Shown one piece after another: positions 48,111 through 57,823 of a DNA stretch of 64,000 bases (the stretch's first letter is position 1; each line of letters starts with the position of its first letter). The notes below the pieces were generated by a model. It was given only the letters and a program-made list of their open reading frames with translations. It was not told the origin of the DNA and made no database searches. The position numbers were made by a program, and so were the translations under genes. The DNA comes from Poseidonia sp. (GTDB taxonomy: Archaea; Thermoplasmatota; Poseidoniia; Poseidoniales; Poseidoniaceae): the NCBI GenBank assembly GCA_038148515.1, contig JAYQVP010000002.1, positions 92,102 through 156,101 on the forward strand. The letters run 5' to 3'.

Positions 48111-48437
48111 TCACTCAACGGAAAGTGCGTCAACGATCAGTTGGACGGCTTTGGATTGATTGGATTCGGAAGCCGATTGAATGGCTTCGATGTCTTTGGA
48201 CCCGTCAGCCTTGACGGTGTCAGCCACGCCTTGGGCTTTGCTTCGAGCATCGTCGAGGGCTTTTTGGGTTGATACGACCGATGCGTCGGCAGCCTGTTGA
48301 ACCGCTTCAGAGGCTTTACGACGGGCATCCTGAACGATTTTGGTCGCCTCGTCTTGGGCCTCACTCAAACGCTTTTCAGCGTCTTGTTCAGCGCTTTTGA
48401 TGCTGCGAAGAACGTCGGACATACCCATGCAGGACAC
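48111..48437 (-). CDS. atpH: A-type ATP synthase subunit H
   Basis: 108-aa Ala/Glu/Lys/Gln-rich helical protein encoded first in the H-I-K-E-C-F-A-B-D operon. Confidence 0.7.
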   Translation of the reverse strand: MSCMGMSDVLRSIKSAEQDAEKRLSEAQDEATKIVQDARRKASEAVQQAADASVVSTQKALDDARSKAQGVADTVKADGSKDIEAIQSASESNQSKAVQLIVDALSVE

Positions 48438-48496
48438 CTCTTGCCAAAATCCAACGAGAGGGGGTTTATCAGTGTATGGTCATGCCCGTGATGGCC

Positions 48497-49243
48497 TCAT
48501 TTTTGGGGCTTAGTTCCACGAAAACGGCTTGCCATACCAAACGGATAGAGCAGGCGACCTTGAACGTGCTCGTATCCCACTTCACGCATCATTCGTCGGT
48601 AATAGCCGTTGGTACCGTAATGGGTGTAACTCTTCGCGAGTCCTTTCCATGGATGATTTTTTTCGCCCGTAATCAGCCGAGCCATGATCTGGACCACGGA
48701 ATTCATCCAAAGATACCCGAACCAACCGTGAAGTTTGTTCGCTTTCCCAGCATCGCACATGACCAAACGCCCGCCCGGTTTGAGCACGCGATAGATCTCT
48801 TCGAGCCCCTTGCGCTTGTCTTTGAAATCACGAAACGAAAACAAGCAAAACACCATGTCGAAGGTGTCGTCGGGCAACGGGATGTCTTCGGCCACTGCCT
48901 CCACATAGACGGCGGGAGTCTCGCCGCGATTGGCCCGTGCGCTGTCGACGCGGGGCTGAGCCGCTGCGAGCATGTCCGAAGAAGGGTCGAGACAGGTCAC
49001 ATCAAGGCCGACCAAGTCTTCAGCAAACGAGCCTGGGCCGCAGCCGACTTCAAGGACCCTCATGCCCGGAGTAGCATGGTTTCGGACGTTACGCCGCCAA
49101 CGACGGTCCTGGCCGAAGGTCATCCACGTATTGACACGGTCGTAGTTGGGAATCGTCGCCTCGAGCTGACCCTCAAGCTCGTCCCATGCCTCTGCGTCAA
49201 TGCCCGACGGGTCGAACCCTCCGGTCGCCGAGCGCTTGCCCAT
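48497..49243 (-). CDS. Class I SAM-dependent methyltransferase, UbiE/MenG (demethylmenaquinone methyltransferase)-like
   Basis: Motif I VLEVGCGPGSF and post-I/II motifs (FDMVFCLFSFRDF, LKPGGRLVMCD), typical of the UbiE/COQ5 family. The overlapping plus-strand ORF looks spurious. Confidence 0.7.
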   Translation of the reverse strand: MGKRSATGGFDPSGIDAEAWDELEGQLEATIPNYDRVNTWMTFGQDRRWRRNVRNHATPGMRVLEVGCGPGSFAEDLVGLDVTCLDPSSDMLAAAQPRVDSARANRGETPAVYVEAVAEDIPLPDDTFDMVFCLFSFRDFKDKRKGLEEIYRVLKPGGRLVMCDAGKANKLHGWFGYLWMNSVVQIMARLITGEKNHPWKGLAKSYTHYGTNGYYRRMMREVGYEHVQGRLLYPFGMASRFRGTKPQK

Positions 49244-49298
49244 ACTCCTTGGCGAACGCCCGACCGTTTTGGAGGTGTCGTTTTGCCCGTGTGGCGAT

Positions 49299-50102
49299 TC
49301 AAGCGATACGTTCCACGGTTTCTGGCGTGATACCCTCTTCAGGCGTCACCCGGAAGACGAGGATTTTCAGATTCTCTGGGGCGTTACGGAACTTGGACAC
49401 AATCATCGAATTTTCAAACTCCGTACCGATGGTTCGCACCTTGAACGAGAGAACCATGTCGGCGATGGAAGAAAGTTCCTGCTTGATTGAGGGCTCTAAC
49501 CCGTCGGTGGACACCGAAATCATCAGCAGACCGCGTACCATTTGAGCGTGTGCCTGAAGCATGCGAACCATGGATAGGACGCGAGAGGGGTCTTCTCGTT
49601 GAAGGAAGAAATCAAGGTTGTCAAGCACCGCTCGGAAGTAGGGGCCAAGCGCCATGATTTCGTTGGTCACCTCGGTCAGATAGTCTTGGTTGCTGTCATC
49701 AACGAACCGCGTTTGAGCCAGACGCTGAATATCGGCTAGTTGGAAGCCTTCGAGGCGATAGCGGCTGGCCAACAAATCACGCTCAAGGACATTTGCGTTG
49801 TATTCCTCACCGATGGTACGGACGTTGATGTCAAGAGGCCAGCCGTATTTTTGAAAAATGCGAACAATTTCTTGCTTGCCTTCATCGGTGGCGATGTACA
49901 GGGTGTTTTCTGGTTCCTCTGCGGGCGAAGTGAACTGCTTGGCAAACAATTCGCTTCCAGAACCGGTCTCGGTGAAGGCGATCATGGTGAACCCGCGCGG
50001 GACTCCTCCACGCATTTCATTGTCGAATTTTGGGACGCCGAAGGAGCCGACGCTGCCAAAGAATTCCTCGTCTTCAGGGTCAAAGGTTACTTCTCGTGCC
50101 AT
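49299..50102 (-). CDS. KaiC/RecA-superfamily ATPase-like protein with degenerate Walker A (probably non-catalytic)
   Basis: KaiC-like N-terminus (GGVPRGFTMIAFTETGSGSE) in which the GKT is replaced by GSE. Otherwise KaiC-like length and secondary-structure pattern. Confidence 0.55.
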   Translation of the reverse strand: MAREVTFDPEDEEFFGSVGSFGVPKFDNEMRGGVPRGFTMIAFTETGSGSELFAKQFTSPAEEPENTLYIATDEGKQEIVRIFQKYGWPLDINVRTIGEEYNANVLERDLLASRYRLEGFQLADIQRLAQTRFVDDSNQDYLTEVTNEIMALGPYFRAVLDNLDFFLQREDPSRVLSMVRMLQAHAQMVRGLLMISVSTDGLEPSIKQELSSIADMVLSFKVRTIGTEFENSMIVSKFRNAPENLKILVFRVTPEEGITPETVERIA

Positions 50103-50113
50103 GCTTGTTCACC

Positions 50114-50713
50114 TCACATGAGGACGACTTGACCACGGTCGATCAAGTCCGTACAGTACGTGTCCAGGTTAGCCAACACCAACGGTGGTGTTTGGTCAGG
50201 AACATTCAGAATCACCGAGAGGACCTCTCGCTGACGGAAGGTATTGATGAACGTGTGAAGGTACTCTGCCAACATTCGGTCGTCGTTGTAAATAGCCAGA
50301 GCGTTCACGCTGTCGAGGAACACGAAATTTCGTTGATTGGTCACCGTTCGCAACGTGAACAAGGTTCGCAGCAAGATGCTCTCAAGCATGATGGGGCTGT
50401 CAACAAAACTGATGTTTGAGTATGGGACATCGGTACCACCCAAAACCCCAGAGGATACGAGGTCGAGGAAGTGGATGTTCGACACATCGATGCCGATGGA
50501 TTCGAAGGCTTGAATGATTTCAACAGCCCCCCTGCTGGCCGAAATATAGACGCCCCCCATCTCAAACATCTGCATCAAGGGGACCATCGTGCTAGCCGTG
50601 ACGGCGAACGAATTGGCTGCGCTCATTCGAACTTGGACGGAGCTGCTCAATGACACCTGCGTTAATTGCTCGGCGATACGTTGGTCGAGTTCAAACATCC
50701 TCAGTTCCCCCAT
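50114..50713 (-). CDS. KaiC-like paralogue lacking Walker A (degenerate)
   Basis: 199-aa protein with a KaiC-like C-terminal pattern (NFVFLDSVNALAIY ... VLSVILNVPDQ) but no P-loop. Lies between two other KaiC-like genes. Confidence 0.45.
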   Translation of the reverse strand: MGELRMFELDQRIAEQLTQVSLSSSVQVRMSAANSFAVTASTMVPLMQMFEMGGVYISASRGAVEIIQAFESIGIDVSNIHFLDLVSSGVLGGTDVPYSNISFVDSPIMLESILLRTLFTLRTVTNQRNFVFLDSVNALAIYNDDRMLAEYLHTFINTFRQREVLSVILNVPDQTPPLVLANLDTYCTDLIDRGQVVLM

Positions 50714-51483
50714 CGCGATGTTTTATCCGCCGAGGCGCCCCACTTGAGCATTGGAATGAGCATCACACCCAGCGGCGTGAGCTCGATGGCGTGTTTGGCA
50801 CGGCTGTGCGATGTCCCTCGCATTTTCACCACTTGGAGGAAGCGAAGAAGGTGCCCCATTCGTTCGGAGTCGCCCATTACGATGATGCCGTCGGCAATGG
50901 CTTCTTCAACACCAAATGAGGACCAGTGAGCATTTTCGGTGGCAGAAGTGATCTCGGAAATCAGGATGGTGGTGCACCCAAGCGTGGCGAGTTTCTTGCC
51001 CAGTGTGAAGAGGAAGTCACGAATGAGTTGCTCGGACTTGATTTTGTAACACAGAGTGGTCACTGAATCGATGACCAGCCGCGTCACACCAATGGTGTTC
51101 ACGATGTCAACGATGGCTTTGATGAGCGCATGGACGTCGTCAAGGTCAAAGGAAGCCTTGTCCAATCCGAGCCACGAGTACAACACGTCCATGTCGAAGA
51201 CGTTGATAAGGCCGCTGTCGACCATGTTCATGTCGAAAAAGGCGTATTGGCGAATGTTTTCGAGAAGTTTCACCGAAGGTTCCGTCGCCGTAAAATGGGC
51301 ACAGGCTTCGCCGGCCAACGCACCTCGGACGAGGAACTCCATGGCCAGCGTGGTTTTGCCTGAACCGCAGGTGCCTGCAGCCAAGACAGTGGAGCCGTAA
51401 GGGATGCCACCACGAAGAATCTCATCCAAACCGTGGATGCCCGTTACGCATCGATCTCGGGTGTAGACACTGGCAGGTTGCAT
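50701..51483 (-). CDS. KaiC-like (RadA/RecA-superfamily) ATPase, canonical
   Basis: VTGIHGLDEILRGGIPYGSTVLAAGTCGSGKTTLAMEF (Walker A), Walker B-like LVIDSVT. Start set at the internal Met MQPAS. Confidence 0.7.
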   Translation of the reverse strand: MQPASVYTRDRCVTGIHGLDEILRGGIPYGSTVLAAGTCGSGKTTLAMEFLVRGALAGEACAHFTATEPSVKLLENIRQYAFFDMNMVDSGLINVFDMDVLYSWLGLDKASFDLDDVHALIKAIVDIVNTIGVTRLVIDSVTTLCYKIKSEQLIRDFLFTLGKKLATLGCTTILISEITSATENAHWSSFGVEEAIADGIIVMGDSERMGHLLRFLQVVKMRGTSHSRAKHAIELTPLGVMLIPMLKWGASADKTSRWGN

Positions 51484-51557
51484 AGGACCGTTCCGAAGGG
51501 GAGAGCGCTCCTTGATGAAGTGTTTGCATCCATCGGGTGAAGATGGACCTGTTGCGA

Positions 51558-52631
51558 TCAGTTTCCAGGTGTGGGTGTGTCGTTGATGGACCACGATGAA
51601 CTGGCAAAACGGTCCTCGCCGTCCCACACCAAGGACTGGCCGTTGACCATGAACAGGCCGGTGTTGCCACCCCATTCAACACGCACGACATCCACGGGCG
51701 TGAATTCATCCAATTGGGTGTACCGAAGGTTGAGTCGCCCTTGTCCATCGCCTAAACCGTTGAGTTGCCCGACGCCAAGGAAACCGTACTGGCCGAGGTC
51801 GACCATGTGCGTTGCATTACCTACAGATTGGCTGTTGGGGTCGCCGGTGAACAGCGTTGTCGAGCGTCCGGCAAGCACGCCCTCTTGCAGCAAGAGGTTG
51901 CTGGAGCCTGCGCTGGAAGTTTGGTTGAACGACCACCCTTTGAGGGCGATGGCGAAATCGTTGGGATTCACAACCTCGATCCATTCAGGCCCGCCAAGCG
52001 ATGGGCGCGTCATCACCTCCGTGACATCCAACATGTTGTGTTTTCTACCGCCATCATGGACTTCAAGCACCACGCGAAGAAGTTCACCGTCCTGCTGGAA
52101 CGTGCGATACGCCGTGGACGAGGAGGGGGCTGTGCCTCGCATTGTCCCGCCCGAAAACAACGTCAAACCATCCCGTTCGGAGTCGTCGCTCTCAACCACC
52201 TGCACCGTCAAGTGGAGACTCATGTCTTGGTCCAAACCAAGCCCGTTGGCCATTCCATTCTCCGTCACGTTGTGGAGGGCCGCCAACCGATCGAAATCCA
52301 AACGACTGCCCGATATCAATCCAGGTTGTACCCTCCCTTCCTCCAATGCTTCTGCAGGCATCCGGTGCCACATGGAGGTGGCGTTGGCGTAATCGAGGTC
52401 GTCTGCCATCGGCACGAACCATCCTTCACCTGAGGTCAACCGGTCAAGTCCGTTCGCTGCAGCCCTGTCAAGTCGGTCAACGTCGGGGTCGTTGGAACCC
52501 ATTTGAAGTTGGGCCAACGAGATGAAAGCGGTGAGAATCATCAAAAACAACGTGAACGCGGAGAGAAATTCAATCACCGCCGTCAATCCGTCCTCGTCCT
52601 CGCAGAACGGCGAGGAGCGGGTGGTGCGCAT
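51558..52631 (-). CDS. Type-IV-pilin-like (class III signal peptide) protein with a lamin-tail domain (LTD)
   Basis: N-terminus MRTTRSSPFCEDEDG/LTAVIEFLSAFTLFLMILTAFISLA fits the archaeal prepilin pattern ([KRDE][GA] followed by a hydrophobic helix). C-terminal LTD motif EWIEVVNPNDFAIALKGWSFNQT and VRVEWGG. Confidence 0.55.
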   Translation of the reverse strand: MRTTRSSPFCEDEDGLTAVIEFLSAFTLFLMILTAFISLAQLQMGSNDPDVDRLDRAAANGLDRLTSGEGWFVPMADDLDYANATSMWHRMPAEALEEGRVQPGLISGSRLDFDRLAALHNVTENGMANGLGLDQDMSLHLTVQVVESDDSERDGLTLFSGGTMRGTAPSSSTAYRTFQQDGELLRVVLEVHDGGRKHNMLDVTEVMTRPSLGGPEWIEVVNPNDFAIALKGWSFNQTSSAGSSNLLLQEGVLAGRSTTLFTGDPNSQSVGNATHMVDLGQYGFLGVGQLNGLGDGQGRLNLRYTQLDEFTPVDVVRVEWGGNTGLFMVNGQSLVWDGEDRFASSSWSINDTPTPGN

Positions 52632-52772
52632 ACCACATCGACGTACCCGCCGATTGAAGAGGTTGCCGCCCGTCTCAGGACCATGCAACCATGATGCGAC
52701 GCCGTTGACCACTGCCGAACGGCATGGCCTGAGAGAAATGGTGTTGAAGCGGAGAGGAAAAGCGATGAGTCT

Positions 52773-55745
52773 TTGAAGCACGGGAGCGACGAAGTATGCA
52801 TGAGCGAGCGAGAGCCACGCATCGTCAAGAATCAGCGCATCGGTATCGGGTTGGTGCTGATGATGTTCCTATCGTCGCTGACAGTCATGATGACGGCCCT
52901 CCCTGTCGCCGCCTCGAGCCACGGCTCCCTCGGACTCAAAACGAGCCAATCTCCCACGCCAGATTCGTGGCACTCAGCCAACGAGCCTATCGAATTGACC
53001 GTCGAGATTGAAAATTATCTGTCCACTGCTTCAGGCTCGACGCGGTCCCTTGCTTGGTACGCTTGCGAGGGCGTGGTGGCGACCAGCTTCTGCCGCTCTT
53101 CCCCGGACGCCTCGGGCACGTTCATCATGCAAAGCATTCCCGGAGGCACAACACTCAACCTTACGGCTTCACCCAGTTGGACCCCGGGAGGCAACACAGA
53201 GACTACCTACACGATCGTGTACGACATGACTCCCCCTGATTCGACCCCTGCAGACGACACCATGGTGTTCTCCATCAACGTCACACCTAACTTTACTGAT
53301 GTCTCCATAGACCCAAACCACGACCCTTTGGCACACCTGCAGAACCTCGGCGAGGACAACGGTCAAGCCATCCTGAATTCCAATACCGAATACATCTTCA
53401 AAACCAAGGGCCAATCGACTGTATGCGGCGGGTGTTTGTTCACCGGGGATTTCGGGTGGCAGTTGTGGACCTCTGACGGCACAGCCATGATTGACGAAGC
53501 ATACACAAGCGTGAGTAACCTGCCCGCTTGGAGCGGCTATGATGCATTGAATCAAAACCTCCCCGTCTTCACCTACAACAGCGAAGGCTCTTTCATCTTG
53601 AAACACGGCCTCTTCGGCAGCAGCGGGAACCCGCACGGCGACCTCAACCCCAACAACAACATCGGCGAAGTGGCGATCGTCTTGAATGATGACATCGACA
53701 TCAAGGTTGAAACGCTGGTAGCAACCCATGATGCTCAGGCTTCTGTCTTTTTTTACGGCAACGACCGAGCCAGCACCACCATCTCCAATCTCGGCTACAT
53801 GTCGGTATTCAATCTCGAAGTTGAATTCGAAATTTACAGCCCTCAGTTTGAGTTGGAAGTTACTGATGCCTGCACCATTTCTGTTCTCCACCCTGGCCAA
53901 GATGCCTCCTGTGAATTTAACGTGACCACCACAGGTAACAACCGGTTATTGCGGGTTCGCCTCCCTGTCACCTTCCTCGGCGGGGATGACACCCGGCCGG
54001 CCGACAACACCTACCAGCGAACGGTCAACATAGAGGTGGGTGCCATCAATCCCGTGATTCAAACCAACAAGCAGTCGGGCATGTATTTGACATCTGACGA
54101 CATCGAGTTGGTCGGACGATTCAGCAGCATTGCCTCTCAACCTCTGAATTTCACATGGCGTGAAGGGTTTTACCTGTGGGGGTACGGACAGGTGCTGAAT
54201 CTCACCGGAGCAACCTATGGATTGGGCCACCACAACATCACCCTTGAAGTGCGCGACCCATTCGGCGAAACCGACTACGCCTACATCGAATTCGATGTTT
54301 TGAATTCGGTTGAATTGACCACAAATGCCTACCATGTGACGGCGATCACCGAAGGTCCTGCATCCATTGACGACACCGTCTTACTTCCTCACTTAGGCTC
54401 CGACTATGGCATTGGGGAAGGGAATTCACCCCTTATGATGCTCGGATTTGATGTCACGGGCGGCAACGAGGACGAGATCGGCCTACGTAGCCTATCTGCT
54501 GAATTGAACCTATCAGCCATCCTCCCCTCAACCATCGACCTGAGTACGGTTGAACTGCGCTACCTTCCATCCACCGACGACACCGTGTGGACTTACCTCG
54601 ACGGTGATAACACCTACAGCATCAACCCTCTGACCTACATGGCCTCGGTGTCCCTCGTCAACGACGGTGTCCTTCTCTTGGTGGGAGAATTGCCCAACAC
54701 CAACGTGACGGTCCGGGATGTTGAATGGACTCAACTCCAAGACGGGCAACTTCGCCTTGATTGGACCATCGACGGCGACATCACCAACCCTTATGTCGGC
54801 GGTTGGAATATCTACAAACTCCAAGGCATCCAAGGCACAACGACCTTCCCCGACCCGTTGGCTGGGGTGAACGAGTTCATTTGGGACGAACTGACGCTGA
54901 CGACCTTGGTCGATACGCTTGAGTTGGCCAACACAACATGGACGGACCCGGAACATCTTGACACCGGAATCTGTGCTTCATACGCCATCGCTCCCATCGA
55001 CAGGGAAGGTAATCCCAATTTCAACCGGGCTAATATCACTCGTGTCAACGGAGTCACGGGTCTTGCGTGCGGCGATGCACTCGCTCCAACCGTGAGCATC
55101 ACCGACTTTCGTCATGTTTGGCGATTCACCAACAGCTCGGAGTGCTTTGACCGACAGAACGACTGGTCCATCTGTTATGAGGTGGACCTGACCTGGACAT
55201 GGCCTGAGCATGAAGCTCAGGGCAATCTTACGTGGAACTTGTACCGTGTTGAGCACGCCCCGGACGAAGTGAATCTCCGATTCATCGATCCCGTCGTTGA
55301 AGGAATGGCCAATGTGCCTGGCGAGCAGGGTTCGTTCAGTCAAGCGGGGATCGACCCCGATGGCATCCGCCCCTACCGAACGTACTACTACATTCTGGCA
55401 CCGATCGACAGCGTTGGCAACGAACAAGAATTCGTGTCCTATCCCTCACCAAGTGTTGAACGCGTCCAAATCGAAGACGATTGGTGGACGTACAACCAAC
55501 ACATCATACCTCCTGAGCCAGAACCCCCCGAACCCCCACTTGGTTTGCCGTGGTTGCAAAAGCTCAACGATGCCACCAGTGTACCCGAATTCCAAGTCGC
55601 CGGATTGGTTTTGCTGGCCACGTTGGTCCTCAATTTCATATTGCTGCCCATGTTGATGAAGAAACGGAAGCGGCTGAGCCGTGTCCTCGAAGCACGAAAG
55701 CGAAATTCAAACGCTGCAATGGATGAATTCGATGAATTCTTTTGA
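52773..55745 (+). CDS. Giant secreted cell-surface protein (adhesin-like) with C-terminal TM anchor
   Basis: 990 aa. Signal peptide IGIGLVLMMFLSSLTVMMTALPVAASS. Asn/Thr/Ser/Asp-rich beta-rich repeats, a Pro-rich stalk (PPEPEPPEPP), C-terminal TM VAGLVLLATLVLNFILLPML and a basic tail KKRKR. Confidence 0.7.
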   Translation: MKHGSDEVCMSEREPRIVKNQRIGIGLVLMMFLSSLTVMMTALPVAASSHGSLGLKTSQSPTPDSWHSANEPIELTVEIENYLSTASGSTRSLAWYACEGVVATSFCRSSPDASGTFIMQSIPGGTTLNLTASPSWTPGGNTETTYTIVYDMTPPDSTPADDTMVFSINVTPNFTDVSIDPNHDPLAHLQNLGEDNGQAILNSNTEYIFKTKGQSTVCGGCLFTGDFGWQLWTSDGTAMIDEAYTSVSNLPAWSGYDALNQNLPVFTYNSEGSFILKHGLFGSSGNPHGDLNPNNNIGEVAIVLNDDIDIKVETLVATHDAQASVFFYGNDRASTTISNLGYMSVFNLEVEFEIYSPQFELEVTDACTISVLHPGQDASCEFNVTTTGNNRLLRVRLPVTFLGGDDTRPADNTYQRTVNIEVGAINPVIQTNKQSGMYLTSDDIELVGRFSSIASQPLNFTWREGFYLWGYGQVLNLTGATYGLGHHNITLEVRDPFGETDYAYIEFDVLNSVELTTNAYHVTAITEGPASIDDTVLLPHLGSDYGIGEGNSPLMMLGFDVTGGNEDEIGLRSLSAELNLSAILPSTIDLSTVELRYLPSTDDTVWTYLDGDNTYSINPLTYMASVSLVNDGVLLLVGELPNTNVTVRDVEWTQLQDGQLRLDWTIDGDITNPYVGGWNIYKLQGIQGTTTFPDPLAGVNEFIWDELTLTTLVDTLELANTTWTDPEHLDTGICASYAIAPIDREGNPNFNRANITRVNGVTGLACGDALAPTVSITDFRHVWRFTNSSECFDRQNDWSICYEVDLTWTWPEHEAQGNLTWNLYRVEHAPDEVNLRFIDPVVEGMANVPGEQGSFSQAGIDPDGIRPYRTYYYILAPIDSVGNEQEFVSYPSPSVERVQIEDDWWTYNQHIIPPEPEPPEPPLGLPWLQKLNDATSVPEFQVAGLVLLATLVLNFILLPMLMKKRKRLSRVLEARKRNSNAAMDEFDEFF

Positions 55746-55747
55746 TT

Positions 55748-55834
55748 TGGCGCGGCAGGGGAGATTCGAACTCCCGAGGTGAGACACCACCGGATTAGCA
55801 ATCCGGCGCAATGGCCAGGCTATGCGACTGCCGC
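55748..55834 (-). tRNA. tRNA-Ser (anticodon GCU), type II with long variable arm, CCA encoded
   Basis: The reverse complement folds as acceptor GCGGCAG/CTGCCGC, D-arm, anticodon stem CCGGA/TCCGG with loop TTGCTAA (anticodon GCT), long variable arm GGTGGTGTCTCACC, T-arm GGGAGTTCGAATCTCCC, discriminator G, then CCA. Confidence 0.85.
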
Positions 55835-55976
55835 TCGCAGGCTGGCGACTTTCGGTCTTCTCATGAACATGACGGTCAACGCACCCGCTCAAGTCCAACA
55901 TCACCACTTGCAGTGTGAACCAAGACCGCAGGCGCATCAAACACTCCCTTATGTAGTGAAACAATGGAGTCATTTC

Positions 55977-56771
55977 ATGAATTCCACACGTCTCCCCCTC
56001 GTTTTCGTGCTGTTGTTCGTGATGGGCACCGCAACTGGCTTTGTGCTGTCCTCGGAAGGCCTGAAATGGTCCAGCGATGAAGGGACTTTTGCCATAGATG
56101 TTGACACCCCCGAGGGAACGAACGCCTATGTCTTGGTTGAAGTGGATGAAGGGGACAACGACGAAGAAATCGAGATCGATGAAATCCTTCACGAATTTAC
56201 GTTCTCTGCGTCAGGTCCCTCGGGCCTCATCGTTTGGGATTTTGGCGATGGATTCACCGCCACCGGGTCGCAAACTTCGCATGCCTTCGCCCAGCCGGGA
56301 GTGTACACCGTGACGGCAACTCGAACAGACGATGCGACCACAGAGGTTCAATCCTTGACGGTTGCTGTCCACCGAACCTCCACCGCCGAGGTCGACAACA
56401 TGGAGTGTGTATGTGCTCCAACCGCCAAGGACACCGTCATCGTATTGGCGGACAGTGAGGGAAAAACAAATTTGCAGGGTTTCGTAAGGGTTGAACACGA
56501 CGGTAGCAGCGAATCATGTTCGCTTCGAAACCCGCTGCAGGAATGCCACCTTCGAGTGTTGTGGCAACGCCTTGAAGGTGGGAACTTAATTGAAGAAAAC
56601 GTGCTGTTCGACGATACATTCCGCTCAAACGAGCAAGTGGTGGACTTTTCCGTTGAGGGATTGGTGCTTGAACCGGGACAACGCATTCAACTCCGTTTGG
56701 AGACCGATCAGGTACGGGACTGGCACAAACCGAATGCCGCTTGGACAACATCAGCACCGGTGCTTGTCTAA
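55977..56771 (+). CDS. Secreted PKD-domain protein
   Basis: Signal peptide MNSTRLPLVFVLLFVMGTATGFVLS. PKD motif IVWDFGDGFTATGSQTSHAFAQPGVYTVTAT. The ORF-track start at 55779 overlaps the tRNA and is rejected in favour of the Met at 55977. Confidence 0.65.
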   Translation: MNSTRLPLVFVLLFVMGTATGFVLSSEGLKWSSDEGTFAIDVDTPEGTNAYVLVEVDEGDNDEEIEIDEILHEFTFSASGPSGLIVWDFGDGFTATGSQTSHAFAQPGVYTVTATRTDDATTEVQSLTVAVHRTSTAEVDNMECVCAPTAKDTVIVLADSEGKTNLQGFVRVEHDGSSESCSLRNPLQECHLRVLWQRLEGGNLIEENVLFDDTFRSNEQVVDFSVEGLVLEPGQRIQLRLETDQVRDWHKPNAAWTTSAPVLV

Positions 56772-56812
56772 TTCAACACAAAGAGGCCGTGTTTCGAGCG
56801 AATGCTGAACGC

Positions 56813-57823
56813 TCAAAGCGGCCCAAAAACGCCCAGCCACGACGCAGGAATAAACATGATAAGGACCAGCGAAAGGAACATCCATCCGAGGTAAAACAGG
56901 CTTCTGAAGAAGGATTTTGCTGCTTTGGGCATTCGCCCGTTGTCGTCTTTTGCCTCGAACGGGTCAATCGCCCAGACTGATTTTGCGTACCAAAATGTAA
57001 GCCCACCCGACACGAAGGCCCAAAGCAATGGAACTCCTGACTCCGGCCAAAAACAGGGCACTGAACCGAGCATGAACAGAGCGACCACGTACATTTTGGA
57101 TTGACGCAGAGTGTAAGCAGGCCCCTTCACTTCGTTCATCATGGGAATGTTGACTCGACCGTATTCGCCAGACCGATACAGCGCCAATGCCCAAAAATGA
57201 GGGGGCGTCCACAAGAAAATCAAGAAAAACAGCATCCAAGGAATGGGGGAGCCCAAGTCAAACACGTTCCATCCATCCAGTGACGAACCTGCGGCCGCCG
57301 CCCATCCAATGAGCGGAGGAGTGGAGCCAGCAATACCGCCGATGACAATGTTTTGCGGCGTTCGTCGCTTGAGCCATATGGAGTAAACAAAGACATAGAA
57401 GACGACCGAAAAGGCGGACCAAAAGGCTGCTTTCACACTGACCAACAAGAACAAGCCTGATCCGACCACGGCGATGAGCGTCCCAAACACCAGCGCAAAT
57501 CGGGGCGTGGCGTGGCCGAGCGGAACAGGGCGATTCATCGTTCGTCGCATGTGAGGGTCAATATCAGCGTCGTACCACATGTTGATGGCGTTTGATCCTC
57601 CCGCTGACAACGTCCCTCCGACGATGGTCACCAAGGCTGTCACCAACGTGTCTTGCCATGTACGCTCAACGGCGAGAACACCATAGCGAGCCAATGTATC
57701 GTGAATCACGAGAGCGCATAGCGCCGTGATCTGCAGCAATACGATCACGCGCAACTTCATCAGTTGCATCATCACCTTGAGGGTTCCCGGGCGGGAGAAT
57801 GATTCTACGGCCTCTGCGGTCAC
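56813..57823 (-). CDS. ctaB: Protoheme IX farnesyltransferase (heme O synthase, CtaB/CyoE)
   Basis: UbiA-family motifs NMWYDADIDPHMRRTMNRPVP and multiple TM helices. Confidence 0.85.
   Translation of the reverse strand: MTAEAVESFSRPGTLKVMMQLMKLRVIVLLQITALCALVIHDTLARYGVLAVERTWQDTLVTALVTIVGGTLSAGGSNAINMWYDADIDPHMRRTMNRPVPLGHATPRFALVFGTLIAVVGSGLFLLVSVKAAFWSAFSVVFYVFVYSIWLKRRTPQNIVIGGIAGSTPPLIGWAAAAGSSLDGWNVFDLGSPIPWMLFFLIFLWTPPHFWALALYRSGEYGRVNIPMMNEVKGPAYTLRQSKMYVVALFMLGSVPCFWPESGVPLLWAFVSGGLTFWYAKSVWAIDPFEAKDDNGRMPKAAKSFFRSLFYLGWMFLSLVLIMFIPASWLGVFGPL

Noticed and set aside
55779-55976. 5' extension of the PKD-protein ORF
   Set aside because: It overlaps the tRNA-Ser gene on the opposite strand. 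A signal peptide begins right at the internal Met at 55977.
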